A stretch of 51,565 bases of DNA from Thermodesulfobacteriota bacterium (GTDB lineage: Bacteria; Desulfobacterota; Desulfobacteria; Desulfobacterales; SURF-7): the NCBI GenBank assembly GCA_049320885.1, contig JBMORA010000059.1:1-51565 (forward strand). Direction: 5' to 3'. Positions 38,217 to 49,359 of the stretch are shown here, piece after piece. How positions within the stretch are numbered: position 1 is the first letter of the stretch; every line of letters starts with the position of its first letter. The notes under the pieces were generated by a model. It was given only the letters and a program-made list of their open reading frames with translations, did no database searches and was not told the DNA's origin. The position numbers were made by a program, and so were the translations under genes.

Positions 38217-38252
38217 GGCCGGCCGGATATCACCATATCCGGCCGGCCTTTT
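38217..38252 (+). terminator. Rho-independent terminator of the nuo-fdh operon
   Basis: Perfect 14-bp stem GGCCGGCCGGATAT-cacc-ATATCCGGCCGGCC followed by TTTTGTTT, between convergent genes. Confidence 0.88.
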
Positions 38253-38257
38253 GTTTG

Positions 38258-39601
38258 TCAGGGGTGATCTCCCACCCGGATGGTGCCCTTGACCCATTCC
38301 AGGGTCACCCTGGCTACCAGATAGTCGCGATAGGCCTTGGCCAGATTGTTCTTGGCCCGCAGCAGATTCAACTGGGCGTCCTGGACGTCGAGGTGGGTCT
38401 TGACACCCAGCTGATAGCCCTGTTCCGCCATGCTCAATAATTTTTCGGCCTGGGCCACGGTACCGGAAAGGGCTTTGGCGATTTCACCGGCTTCCTGGAT
38501 GGCATCCACTGCATTGCGCACCTCCAGCGCGATGCCGTCGCGGGTTTTGGCTTCCTCGATCCGGAGAGAGGCCCCGTCGCTCTTGGCCTGGGCCACCTTA
38601 CCGCGGGAACGCAGACCGTCAAAAATGGGATAGGTGATCTGCAGCCCGGCGCGCCATTCGAGGCCGTCCGGATCCGTGGCTTCGTCGTAGTATTTCTTCC
38701 AGCCCAGATTACCCAGCAAGTCGAGCCGCGGTTTATCGCCGGCATCGTAAATCAACACCAGCTCCTGATTGATGTTGTTCCGGTGCCGCAGCTCGGAAAG
38801 CTCCGGACGGTGATCCAGGGCGCATTCCAGGGCTTCCTCATACGGGGGGTAAACGTCGATAACCGTGTCCAGGGAACCTTCGACATCCAGGTTCTCGATG
38901 TCCTCGGCCAATAGAAAACGCAGCTTTTCCGTGGCGGTTTTGATCATGTTTTCCCTGCGGATGACGAGGGGCTGGGCGTTTTCATAGTCCACCCGGGCCA
39001 CCAATTCGTCGTAATCCGTGGCTGTCCCGGCCGCGCGTTTATGCGCGGCCTCGTTCATGTGTCGTTTCTTGAGTTCGAGGTTTTCCTTGGCCAAAAGGGT
39101 CATCACCTTGGCCAGCAGCAGATCATAGAAAGCCTGGGATACATCCCGGGCCACGGCCTGACGGAAATAATCCAGCTGGTCATCGGCGACTTTCCGGTAA
39201 ATATCGGCGGCCCGGATGGCCGCGCCCACCTGACCCCAGGTGAATAACGCCTGGGATAATCCGACCCCGGCGGTGACGGCGTCCTGTTGAACCGGGTACA
39301 TACTGATGGGGTAGTCATTCTGGCTTTCATCCCGTTGCCGGAAGAGACCGGAAGTGACGGTCACCTGGGGCAGGGCCGCCGAGCGCTGCTCCACATAATA
39401 TCCTTCCACCCAGTTGCGGTACTCCATGGCTTTCTGGATATTCCGGTTTTTACCGTCGGCAATGGCCAGGGCCTGATCCAGACGCAGGGTTCTGGATCGG
39501 GCAACGCCGGGCGGAAAAGCGAGAATCGACATCAGGATCAGAAAGGCTTTGATGAAAAAAGGCAGCGAACGGGAACAGACCCGTTTGTCTCCGTGGTTCA
39601 T
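38258..39601 (-). CDS. TolC family outer membrane efflux protein
   Basis: Signal peptide, QRSAALPQV, ITYPIFDG and YQLGVKTHLDVQDAQ; last gene of the RND operon. Confidence 0.9.
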   Translation of the reverse strand: MNHGDKRVCSRSLPFFIKAFLILMSILAFPPGVARSRTLRLDQALAIADGKNRNIQKAMEYRNWVEGYYVEQRSAALPQVTVTSGLFRQRDESQNDYPISMYPVQQDAVTAGVGLSQALFTWGQVGAAIRAADIYRKVADDQLDYFRQAVARDVSQAFYDLLLAKVMTLLAKENLELKKRHMNEAAHKRAAGTATDYDELVARVDYENAQPLVIRRENMIKTATEKLRFLLAEDIENLDVEGSLDTVIDVYPPYEEALECALDHRPELSELRHRNNINQELVLIYDAGDKPRLDLLGNLGWKKYYDEATDPDGLEWRAGLQITYPIFDGLRSRGKVAQAKSDGASLRIEEAKTRDGIALEVRNAVDAIQEAGEIAKALSGTVAQAEKLLSMAEQGYQLGVKTHLDVQDAQLNLLRAKNNLAKAYRDYLVARVTLEWVKGTIRVGDHP

Positions 39602-42600
39602 TGAATCGCCTCCTTATGCCCGGAGAAGCGGGCGCGGACAAAAGCGCCAACATCATCCAGCAGCGTATAGATAACCGGTACGACCAGCAAGGTCAGCAGG
39701 GTGGATGTGATCAGGCCGCCGATGACGGCCCGGCCCATGGGCGCCCGGAACTCCGATCCGGAACCCAGGGCCATGGCCACGGGCAGCATGCCGAAGATCA
39801 TGGCCAGGGTGGTCATCATGATGGGCCGAAGACGGAGATGACCCGCTTCGATCAGGGCATCCCGGCGGGGCAGGCCCCGTTTCTGCAGGACTTTGGCGAA
39901 ATCCACCAGCAATATGGCGTTTTTCGTAACCAGCCCCATGAGCATGATCAGACCGATCAGGGACATGATGTTGATGGTGTCCCCGGTGAAATACAGCATG
40001 CCCGCCATTCCCAGGATGGACAGAGGCAGGGACAGCATGATGGCCAGGGGATCGATGAAGGATTCGAACTGGGCCGCCAGGATCAGGTAAACGAAAATGA
40101 TGGCCAGAAGCAAGGCTTCGGCCAGATATCCGAAGGATTCGACCATGTCCTCGGCCTCCCCGCTGAAGGTCACTTTGTAACCCGGGGCCATCTGGATGGC
40201 GGCCACCTCCTTTTTGACGTTTTCCACCACGGTGCCCAGGGGCACCTTATCCAGGTTGGCGGAGAGGACCACTTCGCGCCGCAGATCCCGGCGGTTGATT
40301 TCCGAGGGGGTGGTGCTGATCTGGTATTCGATGATGTCGTCCAGGGTGACGAGTTCCGGAATTCCCTGGGCCTGGGGAACGGAAAGCCGCAGGTTGCGGA
40401 TCTGATCGATATCCTCCCGCAATCCGCCCGGCAGCCGCACCTTGACGTCCACCGCGTCGCCATCCTCATCGTCGTAGGTGGAAACGGTTTTGCCGCCCAC
40501 CAGGGCGCCGAGGGTGGTGACGACATCCTCCGTGTCGACACCGACATCCATGGCCCGCTCGCGATCCACCACCAGCCGGTATTCGGGGATTTCCTGCTCC
40601 AGGGTCATCTCCAGATCGACGATCCCCGGGATATCGTACATTTTGGTTTTCAGTTCCCGGGCATACTGCTTGAGCAGTCCCAGATCCTCCCCGCGGATGC
40701 TTACCAGCAGGGGTTTGCGATCATCCAGGCGGCCGGCTTCCAGGAAAGAGGCCTGAATGCCGGGAATGTCATCCAGGAAGGCGCGCGCTTGTTCCATCAC
40801 GGCTTCCTGGCGGCGGGTGCGATTTTTTCGTTCCGTGAGTTTGATATAGTAATTGAGATCCCTCACGGTGGAGGCTTCCCCGGCGCCGATGCTGGCATAT
40901 ACCAGTTGAATCTCGGGTATTTGTTTCAAGGCCGCGAGAATCACATCCGCCCGGTTGCGCGTTTCCGCGATGGAGGCGTCGGGCGCGGTTTTCACGTTGA
41001 TGACGAATTCCCCCTGATCCGAAGGCGAGATGAATTCCTGCTGCAGGGAGCCGAAAACAGCCAGTCCGCCGACAAAGGCAACGACCGCCATGGCAGAAAT
41101 GGTTTTACGGTGATCCAGGGCCCAGCCGATGACGAATTTATATTGTTCCGCAATCCAATCGAAGCCCGCGTTGAATCGATCCAGAATCCGGGCCACCAGG
41201 TGGCGCCGTCCGTTGCGGCGTTCGACATCCGGGTCATACCAGCGCGAGGAAAGCATGGGATCCAGCGTGAAGGAAACGAACAGGGAGATCAACACGGCGA
41301 AGGTGATGGTGATGCCGAATTGAAAGAAAAAGCGTCCCACGATGCCCTTCATGAACGCCACGGGGACGAAAACCGCCACGATGGAAAAGGTGGTGGCCAG
41401 CACGGCCAGACCGATTTCACTGGTGCCTTCCCGCGCGGCCGTGAAATGATCCTTGCCTTTTTCCAGATGGCGTACGATGTTTTCCCGTACCACGATGGCG
41501 TCGTCGATCAGCAGCCCGATGGCCAGTGATAGGGCCATGAGAGTCATGAAATTCAAGGTCATGCCCATGAAATTCATGATGATAAAGGAGGAAATGACGG
41601 AAATGGGCAAAGTCAGTCCGGTGATGACGGTGGAGCGCCAGGAGTTGAGGAAAAAGAAAACAATCAGGATGGTGAGGAGTCCGCCGATGACGAGGGTTTC
41701 CTCCACATCCTTGACCGAATCCCGGATGAAGATCGAACCGTCACGCACGATCTCGATCCGCGTTCCTCGGGGCAGATCCTGTTGCAGCTTTTCAACTTCC
41801 TTTTTTACCGCGTCCACCACCTGCACCGTGTTCGCCCGGGATTGCTTCAGTATATCCAAGGCCACGGTGGGAACTCCGTTGATCAAGGCCATGGACCGTT
41901 GTTCCTCGATCCCGTCCTGGACTTCCGCCACATCGGCCAGGGTGATGGGACGGTTGTTGCGTTTGGTGATCACCATGGTTTTGAACTGCTCCACCTGCTC
42001 CGGCTTGCCGGAAATTCGCATGGGCAGTTCACTGCCGCCTTGATTCAGACGGCCGAGCGGCGTGTTGACGTTTTCCTTGCGCAGACCGTCGATGACTTCG
42101 TCGACGCCTATGCCGAGCGCCTCGGTGCGTGTCGGATCAATCTCGATGTTCACTTCCCGGGTGGAGGGCCCGATCAGGTCCACCTTGCCGACGCCGGAAA
42201 TATTTTCCAGCCGGCGCTTGATCTTTTTTTCCACCAGGGTGGTGATATCCCTTGGGCCGAGGGTATCCGAATGCACGGTCAGGGAAATGATGGGCGTGGC
42301 GGCGAAATCGAGTTTCTGAATGATGGGCTCCTCCGCGTCCAGCGGCAGATCACCGCGGATGGCGTTGATCTTGGCCCGGGCTTCCTGGGAAGCCTCGTTG
42401 ATCTTGACTTCCAGCTGGAACTCAACCACCACCTGGGATACCCCCTCTTTGGAAACAGAACCCACATGCTTCACGCCGGCGATGGGATTGACGGCCTCTT
42501 CGATGATATTGGTGACTTCTTTTTCAACCGCCTCGGGCGAAGCCCCGGGATAGATGGTGACGATGGAGAGAACCGGAATCTCCACGTCCGGCCACATATC

Positions 42601-42702
42601 GATGGCCAGCCGGCGATAGGAAAAAAAACCCAGGGTGACCAGGGCCAGCATCATGACAGCGGCGGTGACCGGCCGCTTGACGGACAGATCGGATAGCAAC
42701 AT
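39598..42702 (-). CDS. RND efflux permease, AcrB/AcrD/AcrF family
   Basis: 1034 aa; [32 protein letters not shown] and RLRPIMMTT. Confidence 0.96.
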   Translation of the reverse strand: MLLSDLSVKRPVTAAVMMLALVTLGFFSYRRLAIDMWPDVEIPVLSIVTIYPGASPEAVEKEVTNIIEEAVNPIAGVKHVGSVSKEGVSQVVVEFQLEVKINEASQEARAKINAIRGDLPLDAEEPIIQKLDFAATPIISLTVHSDTLGPRDITTLVEKKIKRRLENISGVGKVDLIGPSTREVNIEIDPTRTEALGIGVDEVIDGLRKENVNTPLGRLNQGGSELPMRISGKPEQVEQFKTMVITKRNNRPITLADVAEVQDGIEEQRSMALINGVPTVALDILKQSRANTVQVVDAVKKEVEKLQQDLPRGTRIEIVRDGSIFIRDSVKDVEETLVIGGLLTILIVFFFLNSWRSTVITGLTLPISVISSFIIMNFMGMTLNFMTLMALSLAIGLLIDDAIVVRENIVRHLEKGKDHFTAAREGTSEIGLAVLATTFSIVAVFVPVAFMKGIVGRFFFQFGITITFAVLISLFVSFTLDPMLSSRWYDPDVERRNGRRHLVARILDRFNAGFDWIAEQYKFVIGWALDHRKTISAMAVVAFVGGLAVFGSLQQEFISPSDQGEFVINVKTAPDASIAETRNRADVILAALKQIPEIQLVYASIGAGEASTVRDLNYYIKLTERKNRTRRQEAVMEQARAFLDDIPGIQASFLEAGRLDDRKPLLVSIRGEDLGLLKQYARELKTKMYDIPGIVDLEMTLEQEIPEYRLVVDRERAMDVGVDTEDVVTTLGALVGGKTVSTYDDEDGDAVDVKVRLPGGLREDIDQIRNLRLSVPQAQGIPELVTLDDIIEYQISTTPSEINRRDLRREVVLSANLDKVPLGTVVENVKKEVAAIQMAPGYKVTFSGEAEDMVESFGYLAEALLLAIIFVYLILAAQFESFIDPLAIMLSLPLSILGMAGMLYFTGDTINIMSLIGLIMLMGLVTKNAILLVDFAKVLQKRGLPRRDALIEAGHLRLRPIMMTTLAMIFGMLPVAMALGSGSEFRAPMGRAVIGGLITSTLLTLLVVPVIYTLLDDVGAFVRARFSGHKEAIQ

Positions 42703-42706
42703 GGGG

Positions 42707-43822
42707 TTATTTCTCCTTTGCCGGTTGGATTTTCACCCGATCGCCGTCATTGATATTGAAAGCCCCCCGGGTAACCACGAGCTCTCCCGGATCCAGGCCG
42801 GAGGTGATTTCCACGAGGTCGTCCTGGAGCGTGCCGGTTGTGACCGGCCGCAGGGATGCCTTTTGATTGGAAACCACGAAAACCTCACCTCGCTTGTTGA
42901 CCACATCCCAGAGTTTCAGGGCGCTGCGGGGAACCACCCGCACCCCCTTCCGGGCGCCTGTCACGATCCTGCCCTTGACGAACAAGCCGCCGCGCAATTC
43001 TTCCGGATCATTCGACACTTCGGCGATCACCTTCACGCTTCGGTTGGTGGGGTCCACTTCCGGGTTGATGTATTTGATTTTACCGTTATAGGTTTTATCG
43101 TTGAAGGCGTTGGTGCTGAAATCGATATCCTGTCCGATGCGGATATCCGCCATTCTGGCCGACGGAACCGTAACGGTGAGATCCAGCACGCGGTTATCCA
43201 CGATTTTGAACATGGGCCTGGGAGAACCCATGTTTTCAATATAATCGCCCACGTTGACGCCGCGGTAGCTGATGACTCCGTCGATGGGCGCCGTGATGAG
43301 GGTTTTCTCCAGCCGGGTTTCGGCCATGTTCACCTGGGCCTGGGCCGAAGCCGTGGCGGCGACGGCCGCCTCCCTGGCCGTGACGGCGTCATCGAAGAGC
43401 TGTTGCGTGATCAATCCGGATTTTTTCAGGCCCAGGGCGCGTTCATATTCCCGCACGGCCTTGTTTTCCGAAACCTGGGCCTGGGCCAGTAATGCCTTGG
43501 CCGCATCCAGGGCCGCGGCGGCTTCCCGCATATCGAGTTTGGCCAGTTGCGTTCCCCTGGAGACACGCACCCATTCGGTGACAAACACGTCCGTGATGAT
43601 GCCGGAGTATTCGGATTTGACTTCGGCTTCGCTTTTGGGTGCAAGGGTGCCCACCACGGCAATGGTTTCCGCGATGTCCACGGGTTTGACTTCCAGCACC
43701 TCCACGGCCACGGCCGGCCTGCCCTTGGGTTTACCGTTTCCCACGGTTTGGCTCTCTGAGGCGGAGCAGGCCATGATCAGCAGCGCGATCATCCCCAGCA
43801 TGGTCATCTGTTGTTTGGACAT
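42707..43822 (-). CDS. RND efflux periplasmic adaptor (membrane fusion lipoprotein)
   Basis: Lipobox IMAC, ITAPIDGVI and GLDPGELVVTRG; GGGAGA RBS before ATG 43822. Confidence 0.92.
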   Translation of the reverse strand: MSKQQMTMLGMIALLIMACSASESQTVGNGKPKGRPAVAVEVLEVKPVDIAETIAVVGTLAPKSEAEVKSEYSGIITDVFVTEWVRVSRGTQLAKLDMREAAAALDAAKALLAQAQVSENKAVREYERALGLKKSGLITQQLFDDAVTAREAAVAATASAQAQVNMAETRLEKTLITAPIDGVISYRGVNVGDYIENMGSPRPMFKIVDNRVLDLTVTVPSARMADIRIGQDIDFSTNAFNDKTYNGKIKYINPEVDPTNRSVKVIAEVSNDPEELRGGLFVKGRIVTGARKGVRVVPRSALKLWDVVNKRGEVFVVSNQKASLRPVTTGTLQDDLVEITSGLDPGELVVTRGAFNINDGDRVKIQPAKEK

Positions 43823-43897
43823 GATTGTTTCTCCCACCCGGTATATCCGGAATCAGAAAAATGAAGTTGCGGGCGACGGCGACCCCCGGGATTGCCG

Positions 43898-44518
43898 CTA
43901 CGGTGTTTGTTTGGCGAGAACTCCTTCATAAATGATTTTTTGAACCGCCCCGATGTAGGCCTCATTGAGGTTTCCCGTCAAACCGTCGGTTCCGAGCACG
44001 CCCATGAAATACTCCTTGTGCTGAAACCAGTGCATCAGCAGCGCGTCCACGGCCATTAAAATGAACCGGGCGTCGATGTCGCCGCGCAGGATGTTCATCC
44101 GCTGACTCTTGCGTAGGGTCTCGACCGTGGTTTGAATCAGCTTCCGGTCCAGTTCGACCACCTCGCTGTTGTCCTGTTCCAGAAACATCCAACTGATGAT
44201 GCGGATGATTTGGGGATTTTTTTCCAGGAATTCAAATTGCAGTCGGATGGCGGCGTTCATCATCGCCAGGGAGGGCCGGGTGTTTTCCTGCAGCTCGAGC
44301 TGCTGCCGGGCGATGGGAACGAACCGCCGTTTTTTGACTTCCATCCATAAATTGCTTTTGGAGGTAAAATGATGATGGATCAGACTTTTGGCGACACCTG
44401 CGCGCCGGGCGATCTGGCTGATGGGTGTGGCGCTGTATCCCTGGGCGAGAAAAATCTCCTCGGCCGCGTCCAAAATCGTCGTCCGCGTGACTTCCGGGTT
44501 GCGTCGGGTTTTTGTCAT
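43898..44518 (-). CDS. TetR/AcrR family transcriptional regulator
   Basis: ILDAAEEIFLAQGYSATPISQIARRAGVAKSLIHHHFTSK. Confidence 0.93.
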   Translation of the reverse strand: MTKTRRNPEVTRTTILDAAEEIFLAQGYSATPISQIARRAGVAKSLIHHHFTSKSNLWMEVKKRRFVPIARQQLELQENTRPSLAMMNAAIRLQFEFLEKNPQIIRIISWMFLEQDNSEVVELDRKLIQTTVETLRKSQRMNILRGDIDARFILMAVDALLMHWFQHKEYFMGVLGTDGLTGNLNEAYIGAVQKIIYEGVLAKQTP

Positions 44519-44544
44519 CGTTTCCCCTTGCAGGTGAGAATTGG

Positions 44545-44564
44545 TTGACTGGTCGTCCGGTCAA
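44545..44564. promoter_or_regulatory. Candidate TetR operator
   Basis: TTGACTGG-TCGT-CCGGTCAA, an 8-bp inverted repeat with one mismatch, 26 nt upstream of the tetR start. Confidence 0.65.
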
Positions 44565-44644
44565 TTAATGGCATGAATCCATATCGCGGGATGGGAATTT
44601 TTGTCAATGTTTTTCAGGCGGAGGCGGCGGGTACAACCGGAAGG

Positions 44645-44684
44645 AAAAAACAAGGCTGTCCCGTTTGATGACCGGAACAGCCTT
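44645..44684 (-). terminator. Rho-independent terminator of adk
   Basis: Stem AAGGCTGT.CC / GG.ACAGCCTT (44652-44684) followed on the minus strand by a T6 run (44645-44650). Confidence 0.7.
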
Positions 44685-44708
44685 TCGAAGAGAACTGCCT
44701 GCGGATGC

Positions 44709-45467
<759 letters not shown>

Positions 45468-45606
45468 TTAATGGCGAAAAATCAGCTTCATGTCAAGTTA
45501 ATAATGAATTCTATAGGATACTAATGAAAAACGTCCGGGGGCATGAGATCGGGCGCGGAGCGCCCCCCCAGCCGTCCCGGTTCCTTATTTTCCGTCAGCC
45601 CTTCCG

Positions 45607-45635
45607 TTGACTTTCAGGGATGCGGTTGTTATGGT
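45607..45635 (+). promoter_or_regulatory. Possible sigma70 promoter with an extended -10
   Basis: TTGACT - 17 nt (ending TGT) - TATGGT. Confidence 0.45.
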
Positions 45636-45643
45636 GCGGAGCT

Positions 45644-47629
45644 ATGGAAATCGGACAAATCGTCGAATATATCGAAAAGCAAAAAATGATCTGCGCCGTC
45701 GTTCTGGAAATGAAAAATCAGCGGGTGCGCGCTCTAAATGAAACCAACCGGGAAGTCAACCTGTCGTTTTCCCGATTGTCCTTCAAGGGCAAGGAGCGGC
45801 TGAGTCTTGCCCTGAGCCGGGATAAGCTGGTGGAGGCATTGAAGGAAACCTCCGCCAGACGCAAGCAGCTGGCGGCTTCCGTCGACATCAAGGGCTTGTG
45901 GGAAATCCTGAATACGGAAGAAGAATGGGTGGAGCTGGAAACCATGACCTCCTTCTGTTTCGGCGACGAGTTTTCAAGTGACCAGCAATCCGCCGTCATC
46001 AGGGCGTTTTTTAGCGACAGAACCTATTTCAAGTTCGATCATAACCGATTTTTCCCCAACAGCCGGGAGAAGGTGGACCAGCTGCTGGCCGAGGCCGCTG
46101 AAATCGAACGAAAGGAACGTCTGATTGCGACGGGTGGAGACTGGCTGAAACGAGCGGCCGCCGGGGCTGAGGTGGTCATGACGGCAGAGACGGCCGCATT
46201 CATCGAAATTCTGAAATCGTATTATTTGTTTGAAAAAGAAAGCTTGGAATTTGAAACCGGCAAGGGCATGCTTGCCCGGGCGGGAATGGATGGCGGCTCG
46301 AATCTGTTTAAACTGATGGTGCGACTGGGGATCTGGGATCGCGATGAGAATATCGATCTCCTGCGAAGCGGAATAGCCGTTGATTTCGCGGATGCGGTCT
46401 TGGCGGAAACAGAGGAAAAGGTCCGTTCCGTGACGGTTTCCCCGACCGACCCGTTGCGCCGGGATCTGAGCCGGCTCCCGATCATGACCATCGACGGCTC
46501 CTCGACACAGGATTTTGACGATGCCCTCAGTGTTGAAAAGCAGGAAGATGGTTATGTCGTCGGCATCCATATTGTGGATGTGGGTCATTATATTCAGAAA
46601 GGCGATATCCTGGACCAGGAAGCCATGGGGCGCGGCAGCTCCATCTATATGCCGGATCTGCGAATATCCATGCTGCCGTCCATTCTGGCCGAGAATTATT
46701 GCAGCCTCCGGGCCGGTGAGAATCGTCCGGCCATCAGTATCCTGGTCAAGGTCGATCGTTTTGCCAACCGGTTGGGATATGAGATATTCCCCAGTATCAT
46801 CCGGGTCCATCGACAACTGACCTATTCCCAGGCGGACGACCTGGCCGGTACGGATGAGGCGCTCCAAACGCTTCATATGCTGGCCGGGCATTTCCGCCAG
46901 AAACGCATTGCCGCGGGAGCCATTCAACTCATCCTGCCGGAAATCAGCATTCAGCTGGGGCAGAATGGTCACCCGGACGTGGTCCGGCTGGACAGGGAGA
47001 GCCCGGGACGCATGCTGGTCGCCGAGATGATGATCATGGCCAATTGGGTGATGGCCGGTTTTCTGCACCAACACCGAATGGCGGCCATTTTCCGTTCCCA
47101 GCCGGCACCCAAAAACCGGATTATCCGGGACAACGAGGGGACTTTTTTTCAGAACTGCATGCAGCGGAAACAGTTAAGCCGGGTGGTTTTGTCGATGGAA
47201 CCGGAACATCACACCGGCCTGGGGCTGGAGGCCTATGTTACCGCCACATCTCCCATCCGGAAATATTCCGATCTGGTCACCCAGCGTCAGGTGCGGGCGG
47301 CGCTGGGGCTGGAAACACCATATGGCACCGAGGAGATGCAACAGATCGTGCAGGCCCTGGAAATGCCGCTTCAGTCGGTTTCCCGTCTGCAGATCCAGCG
47401 GCAACGATACTGGCTTCTGCGGCATCTGGAGGGACGGATCGGGCAGAAAGAAGAAGCCGTTGTCCTGGAAAAACGGCGGGACGGATATGTGGTGATGCTT
47501 CCGCATTACATGCTTGAATGCAAAATCCCCATCCCCGGCGGAACCTCCATGAAACCGGGTGATTTGGCGCAGGTTACGGTTCAGCATGTCAATGCCAGGG
47601 CGGATATGTTGTCCTTATATCTGGGGTGA
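45644..47629 (+). CDS. RNase II/RNase R family exoribonuclease (RNB domain)
   Basis: TIDGSSTQDFDDALS, HIVDV, LVAEMMIMAN, HTGLGL and TSPIRKYSDL. Confidence 0.92.
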   Translation: MEIGQIVEYIEKQKMICAVVLEMKNQRVRALNETNREVNLSFSRLSFKGKERLSLALSRDKLVEALKETSARRKQLAASVDIKGLWEILNTEEEWVELETMTSFCFGDEFSSDQQSAVIRAFFSDRTYFKFDHNRFFPNSREKVDQLLAEAAEIERKERLIATGGDWLKRAAAGAEVVMTAETAAFIEILKSYYLFEKESLEFETGKGMLARAGMDGGSNLFKLMVRLGIWDRDENIDLLRSGIAVDFADAVLAETEEKVRSVTVSPTDPLRRDLSRLPIMTIDGSSTQDFDDALSVEKQEDGYVVGIHIVDVGHYIQKGDILDQEAMGRGSSIYMPDLRISMLPSILAENYCSLRAGENRPAISILVKVDRFANRLGYEIFPSIIRVHRQLTYSQADDLAGTDEALQTLHMLAGHFRQKRIAAGAIQLILPEISIQLGQNGHPDVVRLDRESPGRMLVAEMMIMANWVMAGFLHQHRMAAIFRSQPAPKNRIIRDNEGTFFQNCMQRKQLSRVVLSMEPEHHTGLGLEAYVTATSPIRKYSDLVTQRQVRAALGLETPYGTEEMQQIVQALEMPLQSVSRLQIQRQRYWLLRHLEGRIGQKEEAVVLEKRRDGYVVMLPHYMLECKIPIPGGTSMKPGDLAQVTVQHVNARADMLSLYLG

Positions 47630-47653
47630 GTCGCGGAAGAACGGGGAGGCTGA

Positions 47654-49258
47654 ATGGTCACAGAGCGGGTCATGGCGGGCGTTGTCGGATTTTTGTGGAT
47701 CGCCGGAGGCTGCGCGTTTTTCGGTGAACGGAATTGGGACAGCCAGGAACAGCCGGAGGCTGTGGCCCCGCCGGCTATCCGGCAGCTAGTGAATCGGGTG
47801 TTCGGTCCGCAAAAAGAGCCGGATTCTTCCGGTATTGATATCACTTACCCCTATCATGAAGCGGTTTTCCCTCCGGAAATCGCCCCGCCGACGTTCACCT
47901 GGAAAGACCATACCGGCATGTCCAGGCGTTGGCTCGTGGCCGTGTCGTTCTCCGAAGGACGCAAGCCGTTTTACAGCGTGGTGGATGATCCATCTTGGAC
48001 CCCGGAAAGGTCCGCCTGGGAGAAACTGAAAGCCGGATCGACCCGGGGGGTAGCGCGGTTCAGCGTTGTCGGCCTGGCGGATTACCCCGAAGGGAAAGTC
48101 ACGGCAAAAAAAACCGTCCATTTTCAGACCTCGACGGATCGGGTTGACGCTGCTGTATTTTACCGCCAGGTGCCGCTGCCCTTTCTGGCCACACCGGAAG
48201 GGTTTGCCAAAACAAAATGGCGGCTGGGAGACATAGCCGCCGAAGAACCGCCGACGGTGGTCATGTCGGGGCTTCCGTTTTGCGCCAGTTGCCATTTGTT
48301 TTCAAGAGACGGCACTCGTTTCAGCATGGAAATGAACTACCGGAACGACGGTGGGGCCCAGGTGATCAAGCGTGTCGGCCGGGAAATGGTCCTGACAGCG
48401 GAGGACTTCATGACCTGGAGTGATTTCCCGAAACCGGGGATTTTGCCGGCCACCCGGGGGCTGTTCGGCAGGATGTCCCCCAGCGGTGATTATATGGCGG
48501 CCAGTGTTCATGAGATATCCTACGCGGCCTTGATAGACGACATTGCTTTTTCGCAGCTGTTTTTCCCGACATATGGTGTCCTGGCGGTTTATAACGTTAA
48601 AGAAAAGAAAATCCGCTTGTTGCCGGGCGCCGATGATTATTCGGCGGTCCAGGCGGATCCGAACTGGAGTCCGGATGAACGCCATATCCTTTTTGCCCGG
48701 GCACCGGTGAGGAATGATGTGCATACCGATATCGGCAATGTGGCTCCGCATCGTGTGGATGGAGACATTCACGAGATGAACCGGCGCTATTCGATCCAGT
48801 TCGATCTCTACCGTATCCCCTTCAATCAGGGTAAAGGGGGAAAGGCCGTTCCCGTGGAAGGTGCCAGTGGAAACGGGATGAGCAATTATTTCGCAAGATA
48901 CTCGCCGGACGGCCGGTGGATCGTATTTACCCGGAGCCGATCGGGGATCATGCTGCAGCCGGACAGCGAGCTGTATATCATACCGGCCGAAGGTGGACAG
49001 GCCAGAAAGATGCGCTGCAACCGGGAGACGTTCAATTCATGGCATAGCTGGTCACCCAATGGGCGCTGGCTCCTTTTCAGTTCCAAGGTCAATACCCCGT
49101 ACACGGAGATCTTCCTGACCCACGTGGATGAAAACGGCATGGACACACCGCCGGTGCTGTTATCCCGTTTCAGTGATCCGCAATATGCCGCCAATGTTCC
49201 AGAATTTGCCCCGATAGCCGCGAATGCCATCCGATCCATACGCCTTGGAGACCCGTAA
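47654..49258 (+). CDS. TolB-like (PD40 repeat) lipoprotein with a CxxCH motif
   Basis: Lipobox-like AGGC, CASCH, and PD40-like repeats PNWSPDE, RYSPDGRWIVF and SWSPNGRWLLFSS. Confidence 0.8.
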   Translation: MVTERVMAGVVGFLWIAGGCAFFGERNWDSQEQPEAVAPPAIRQLVNRVFGPQKEPDSSGIDITYPYHEAVFPPEIAPPTFTWKDHTGMSRRWLVAVSFSEGRKPFYSVVDDPSWTPERSAWEKLKAGSTRGVARFSVVGLADYPEGKVTAKKTVHFQTSTDRVDAAVFYRQVPLPFLATPEGFAKTKWRLGDIAAEEPPTVVMSGLPFCASCHLFSRDGTRFSMEMNYRNDGGAQVIKRVGREMVLTAEDFMTWSDFPKPGILPATRGLFGRMSPSGDYMAASVHEISYAALIDDIAFSQLFFPTYGVLAVYNVKEKKIRLLPGADDYSAVQADPNWSPDERHILFARAPVRNDVHTDIGNVAPHRVDGDIHEMNRRYSIQFDLYRIPFNQGKGGKAVPVEGASGNGMSNYFARYSPDGRWIVFTRSRSGIMLQPDSELYIIPAEGGQARKMRCNRETFNSWHSWSPNGRWLLFSSKVNTPYTEIFLTHVDENGMDTPPVLLSRFSDPQYAANVPEFAPIAANAIRSIRLGDP

Positions 49259-49359
49259 GCATGGTGCCTGCTTTCGGGAACCTGTGGCCGATCCCCTTTC
49301 GCCCCATGGGACAGCCGGCTGCTTTTTCGCGGGTGGCCCGTCGATGCCGATCCGGTTGG

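Noticed and set aside
38258..44518. RND efflux operon as part of the nuo-fdh system
   Set aside because: It is convergent, separated by a strong terminator and has its own TetR regulator and operator; it is an ordinary tripartite efflux locus.
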